Assembly: GCF_009914755.1 (NCBI RefSeq)
Contig: NC_060931.1
From: the human T2T-CHM13v2.0 reference genome, Homo sapiens
Strand: one strand, 5' to 3'
DNA: 64,000 bases
The notes beneath the pieces are model-generated. The model worked only from the letters and a program-made list of their open reading frames with translations, had not been told where the DNA came from and did no database searches. Both the position numbers and the translations under genes were made by a program. Below, in pieces: positions 61,043 to 64,000 of the stretch (within the stretch, counting starts at the first letter, position 1; each line of letters opens with the position of its first letter).

Positions 61043-61455
61043 TAATGTTCTCCAAGCGTGGGCCCAAACAAGCAGCCTCAGCATCACCTGGGAAAGCTGT
61101 TGATGCTGCAAATTCTCAGCCTCTTCCCAGCCCTACTGAATCAGAAATTCAGAAGGGGTGGGGCCCAAAAAGTCTGTCTTGACAAAACCTCTAGATGAGC
61201 CTGGGCAACACAGCGAGGGCTCGTCTCTGCAGAAAATAAAAAATTAGCCAAGCGTGGTGGCACACACCTGTAGTCCCAGCTGCTTGGGAGGCTAAGCAGG
61301 GAGGCTTGAGCTGCTTGAGCCAAGGAGGACAAGTCTGCAGTGAGCTGTGATTGCATCACTGCACTCCAGCCTGGTGACCAGATGAGACCCTGTCTCAAAA
61401 AAAAAAAAGGAACCTCTAGATGATTTTGGTGCTTGCTGAAATTTTAGAAACACTC
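61043..61455. mobile_element. MER5A split by a truncated Alu (about 61198-61410)
   Basis: agcatcacctgggaa...gcaaattctc...ctactgaatcagaaa; Alu TSD aacctctagatga. Confidence 0.85.
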
Positions 61456-61944
61456 AAATTTTAGAGATTAGGAGGGAGAGTTTTGAAAATGCCTGGAACT
61501 AGGGAGTTCTGGAAATACAGTCAAGTAGTCTGGCGATCTGGGGTTTAGCTCTGCTGTTCTCTCTACCTTGCCAGGAAATCATGGGCCTCAGTTTTTTCAT
61601 TCGGAAAATAAGAACACAGGCTGGACACTCACTAAGGCCCCTCCCTGGCAGTCCTGACATTCTGGGACTGATGGCTGAAATAAAGTTGACAGATTACAGA
61701 CAGTGCCCCTTTCACTAGAGAGAAGCCTGAGTGGGTCAAGTTTGGTTGCTAAGGGCTGTTTTAGCTTCAAAACAAAAGAGAACAATGGCAAGGAGAAGGG
61801 TCTGTCACCAGGAAAAGTTAAAGAAGGTGAGAAACCCAGTTGTGTGGAGTGTGTGTGTGTGTGTGTGTGTCCACAGCATGCAAATTTATCTTTTTAGGTC
61901 TTTGCTTGCTTTAACTATCTTTTCTCTCCTCTATATCTTTTGCC

Positions 61945-62312
61945 TTTCTTTCTTTTTCTTTCTCTTTCTCTCTTTCTTTCTTTTCTTTCTTTCTTTCCTT
62001 TTTTCTTTCCTTCCTCCCTCCCTCTCTCTTTCTTTCCTTCCTTCTTTCCTTCCCCCCTCCCACCCTTCCTTCCTTTCTTTCCTTCCTTCTTTCTTTCCTT
62101 CCTCCCTTCCTTCCTTTCCTTCCTACCTTCCTTCCTTCTTTCCTTCCTTCCTCCCTCCCTTCCATCCTCCCTTCCTTCCTTCTTTCTTTTCTTCCTTCTT
62201 TCTTTCCTTCCTTCCTCCCTCCCTCCCTCCTTCCCTTCCCTCTCTCCCTTCCTTCCCTCTCTCCCTTCCTTCCTTCCTTCCTTCTTTCTCCCTTCCCTTC
62301 TCTTTCTTTCTT
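61945..62312. repeat. TTCC/TTTC pyrimidine tract (expanded Alu tail)
   Basis: About 370 bp of nearly pure pyrimidines. Confidence 0.95.
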
Positions 62313-62744
62313 CTTGAGATAGAGTCTCAGTCTGTTGCCCAGGTTGGAGTGCAGTGGTTCAATCATGGCTCACTGCAGCCTTCACTCCTAAGCTCCAATG
62401 ATCCTCCCACCTCAGCCTCCCAAGCAGCTGGTTCTATAGGCATGCGCCACCACACCCAGCTAATTCGTTTTTCTTTTTATTTTTTGTAGAGATGAGGTCT
62501 CGCTATGGTGCCAGGCTGTTCTAAACCCCTGGCCTCAAGCAATCCTCCTGCCTCAGCCTCCTGAGTAGCTGGTTCTCCAGGCATGCACCACTATCCCTGG
62601 CTCATTATTTTTATTTTTGTTTTTTGTAGAGATGGAGTCTCACTATGTTGCCTAGGCTGGCCTTGAACTCCTAGGCTCAAGCCATCCTCCCACCTCAGCC
62701 TCCCAGAGTGTTGAGATTACAGAAGTGAGCCACGGCACCCAGCC
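62313..62744 (-). mobile_element. Three-armed AluJ
   Basis: Right arm, chimeric arm and left arm separated by two T-rich linkers. Confidence 0.85.
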
Positions 62745-63285
62745 TTGCCTGTATTTCTTGACTCCCTATTTCTCCAAAAACACGATTAAGTCTCCCTCAT
62801 TCTATCGAGAAATAAACAAAATCCTTCCTTATGTTTTGCAAGGTCTTCTACCTGCCATCTTTTCTCCCTTCCCATGAGAATAGACCGTCTTAAAATAGTA
62901 GCCGCCACGTAGAGACATCACAGCAAATCTCTTATTCCTTCCTTGACCTCCTCCCTCAATCTGGCTTCTACCTCCATCACTCCAGGAACCTGGCTGGCTG
63001 CCTCCTACTTTCTAACTCCGAGGGACACTTCCAGGCCTTATGTTGCTTCATCTCGTTGGCATTTAACACTCCATCCTCTCCAGATTCTACCTTCTGACTG
63101 CCCCTGGTTGGGCTTCAAGCGATGCCAAATAGCTGCCACTCTTCGCCTTAGCTTATAAGTTTATATTTTATGTTTCATTACACACATATAAATTTGCATG
63201 CTATCCAAAGTATGTTATGGAAATAGACAAGGTACAAGCCACCTAACTTTTCAACATTCCTTAAAGGAAACCTCAGAAGAAAATA

Positions 63286-63900
63286 CAGTTGAACCTCAAA
63301 CCCTGTGGGGGTTAGGGGTGCTGCTCCCCCTACCCCATGCAGTTGAAAATCTGCATACGACTTTTTCTTTTTTTCTGGAGACAGCGCATCACTCTGTTGC
63401 TAAGGCTGGAGTGCAGTGACGCCATTATAGCTCACTGCAGCCTCCTGGGCTCAAGTGATCCTCCCTCCTTAGCCTCCCGAGTAGCTGTAACTACAGGCAC
63501 ACACCATCATAACTAGTTAATTTTTAAAATTATTTATAGAAATGGGGTTTCGCCATGTTGCCCAGGTTGGTATCAAACCCCTGAGCTCATGCAATCCTCC
63601 TACCTCAGCCTCCCAAAGTCTTGGGATTACAGGCATGAGCCACTATGCCCAGTCACATATGACTTTTGAATCTCCAAAAACTTGACTGCTAATAGCCTAC
63701 TGTTGACTGGAAGCCTTACTGATAACGTAAACAGTTGATTAACACATATGTTGTGTGTTACATGTAATATATTCTGTATTCTTACAATAAAGTAAGCTAA
63801 AGAAGAGGAAATGTTATTAAAATATCATGAAGAAGAAAAAATATATTGACTATTCATTAAGTGGGAGTGGATCATCATAAAGGTCTTTATCCTTGTCGTT
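63286..63900 (+). mobile_element. Tigger2-family (Tigger2b/MER28-like) DNA transposon split by an AluJ (about 63365-63653)
   Basis: cagttga..., ctaatagcctactgttgactggaagccttac, cttacaataaagtaagcta, gtggatcatcataaaggtc. Confidence 0.8.
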
Positions 63901-63904
63901 TATT

Positions 63905-64000
63905 CTTTTTTTTTTTTTTGAGATGGAGTCTCGCTTTGTCGCCCGGGCTGGAGTGCAATGGCGCAATCTCGGCTCACTGCAACCTCCGCCTCCTGAGTTC
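63905..64000 (-). mobile_element. Alu (truncated by the window end)
   Basis: polyT-gagatggagtctcgctttgtcgcccgggctggagtgc. Confidence 0.9.

Noticed and set aside
61731-62489. Longest ORF (252 aa, F/L/P/S-rich)
   Set aside because: Translation of a stop-free pyrimidine tract plus antisense Alu.

Overview
Primate (human-like) non-coding DNA, either intergenic or deep intronic; I cannot place the locus. It is dominated by interspersed repeats: about 40 Alu/FLAM copies, L1 fragments of several ages, MaLR LTRs (THE1/MST/MLT1), ERV solo LTRs (LTR12, MER48-like, LTR47/MER41-like), DNA transposons (MADE1, MER5A, MER113-like, Tigger2b-like), MIR/L2 and many microsatellites. I found no credible coding exon, RNA gene or CRISPR-like array; the supplied ORFs are repeat-derived or chance ORFs. 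The main non-routine signal, read directly from the sequence, is a dense set of at least 12 short local duplications (about 20-570 bp, direct and inverted, donor within about 8 kb). Several have template-switch junctions, and one forms a ~115-bp-stem hairpin at 33643-33892. A few repeat-free, motif-dense blocks are candidate enhancers or promoters. Subfamily calls come from recalled consensus sequences, identities are by-eye estimates, and repeat boundaries are approximate (about +/-20 bp unless a TSD is given).
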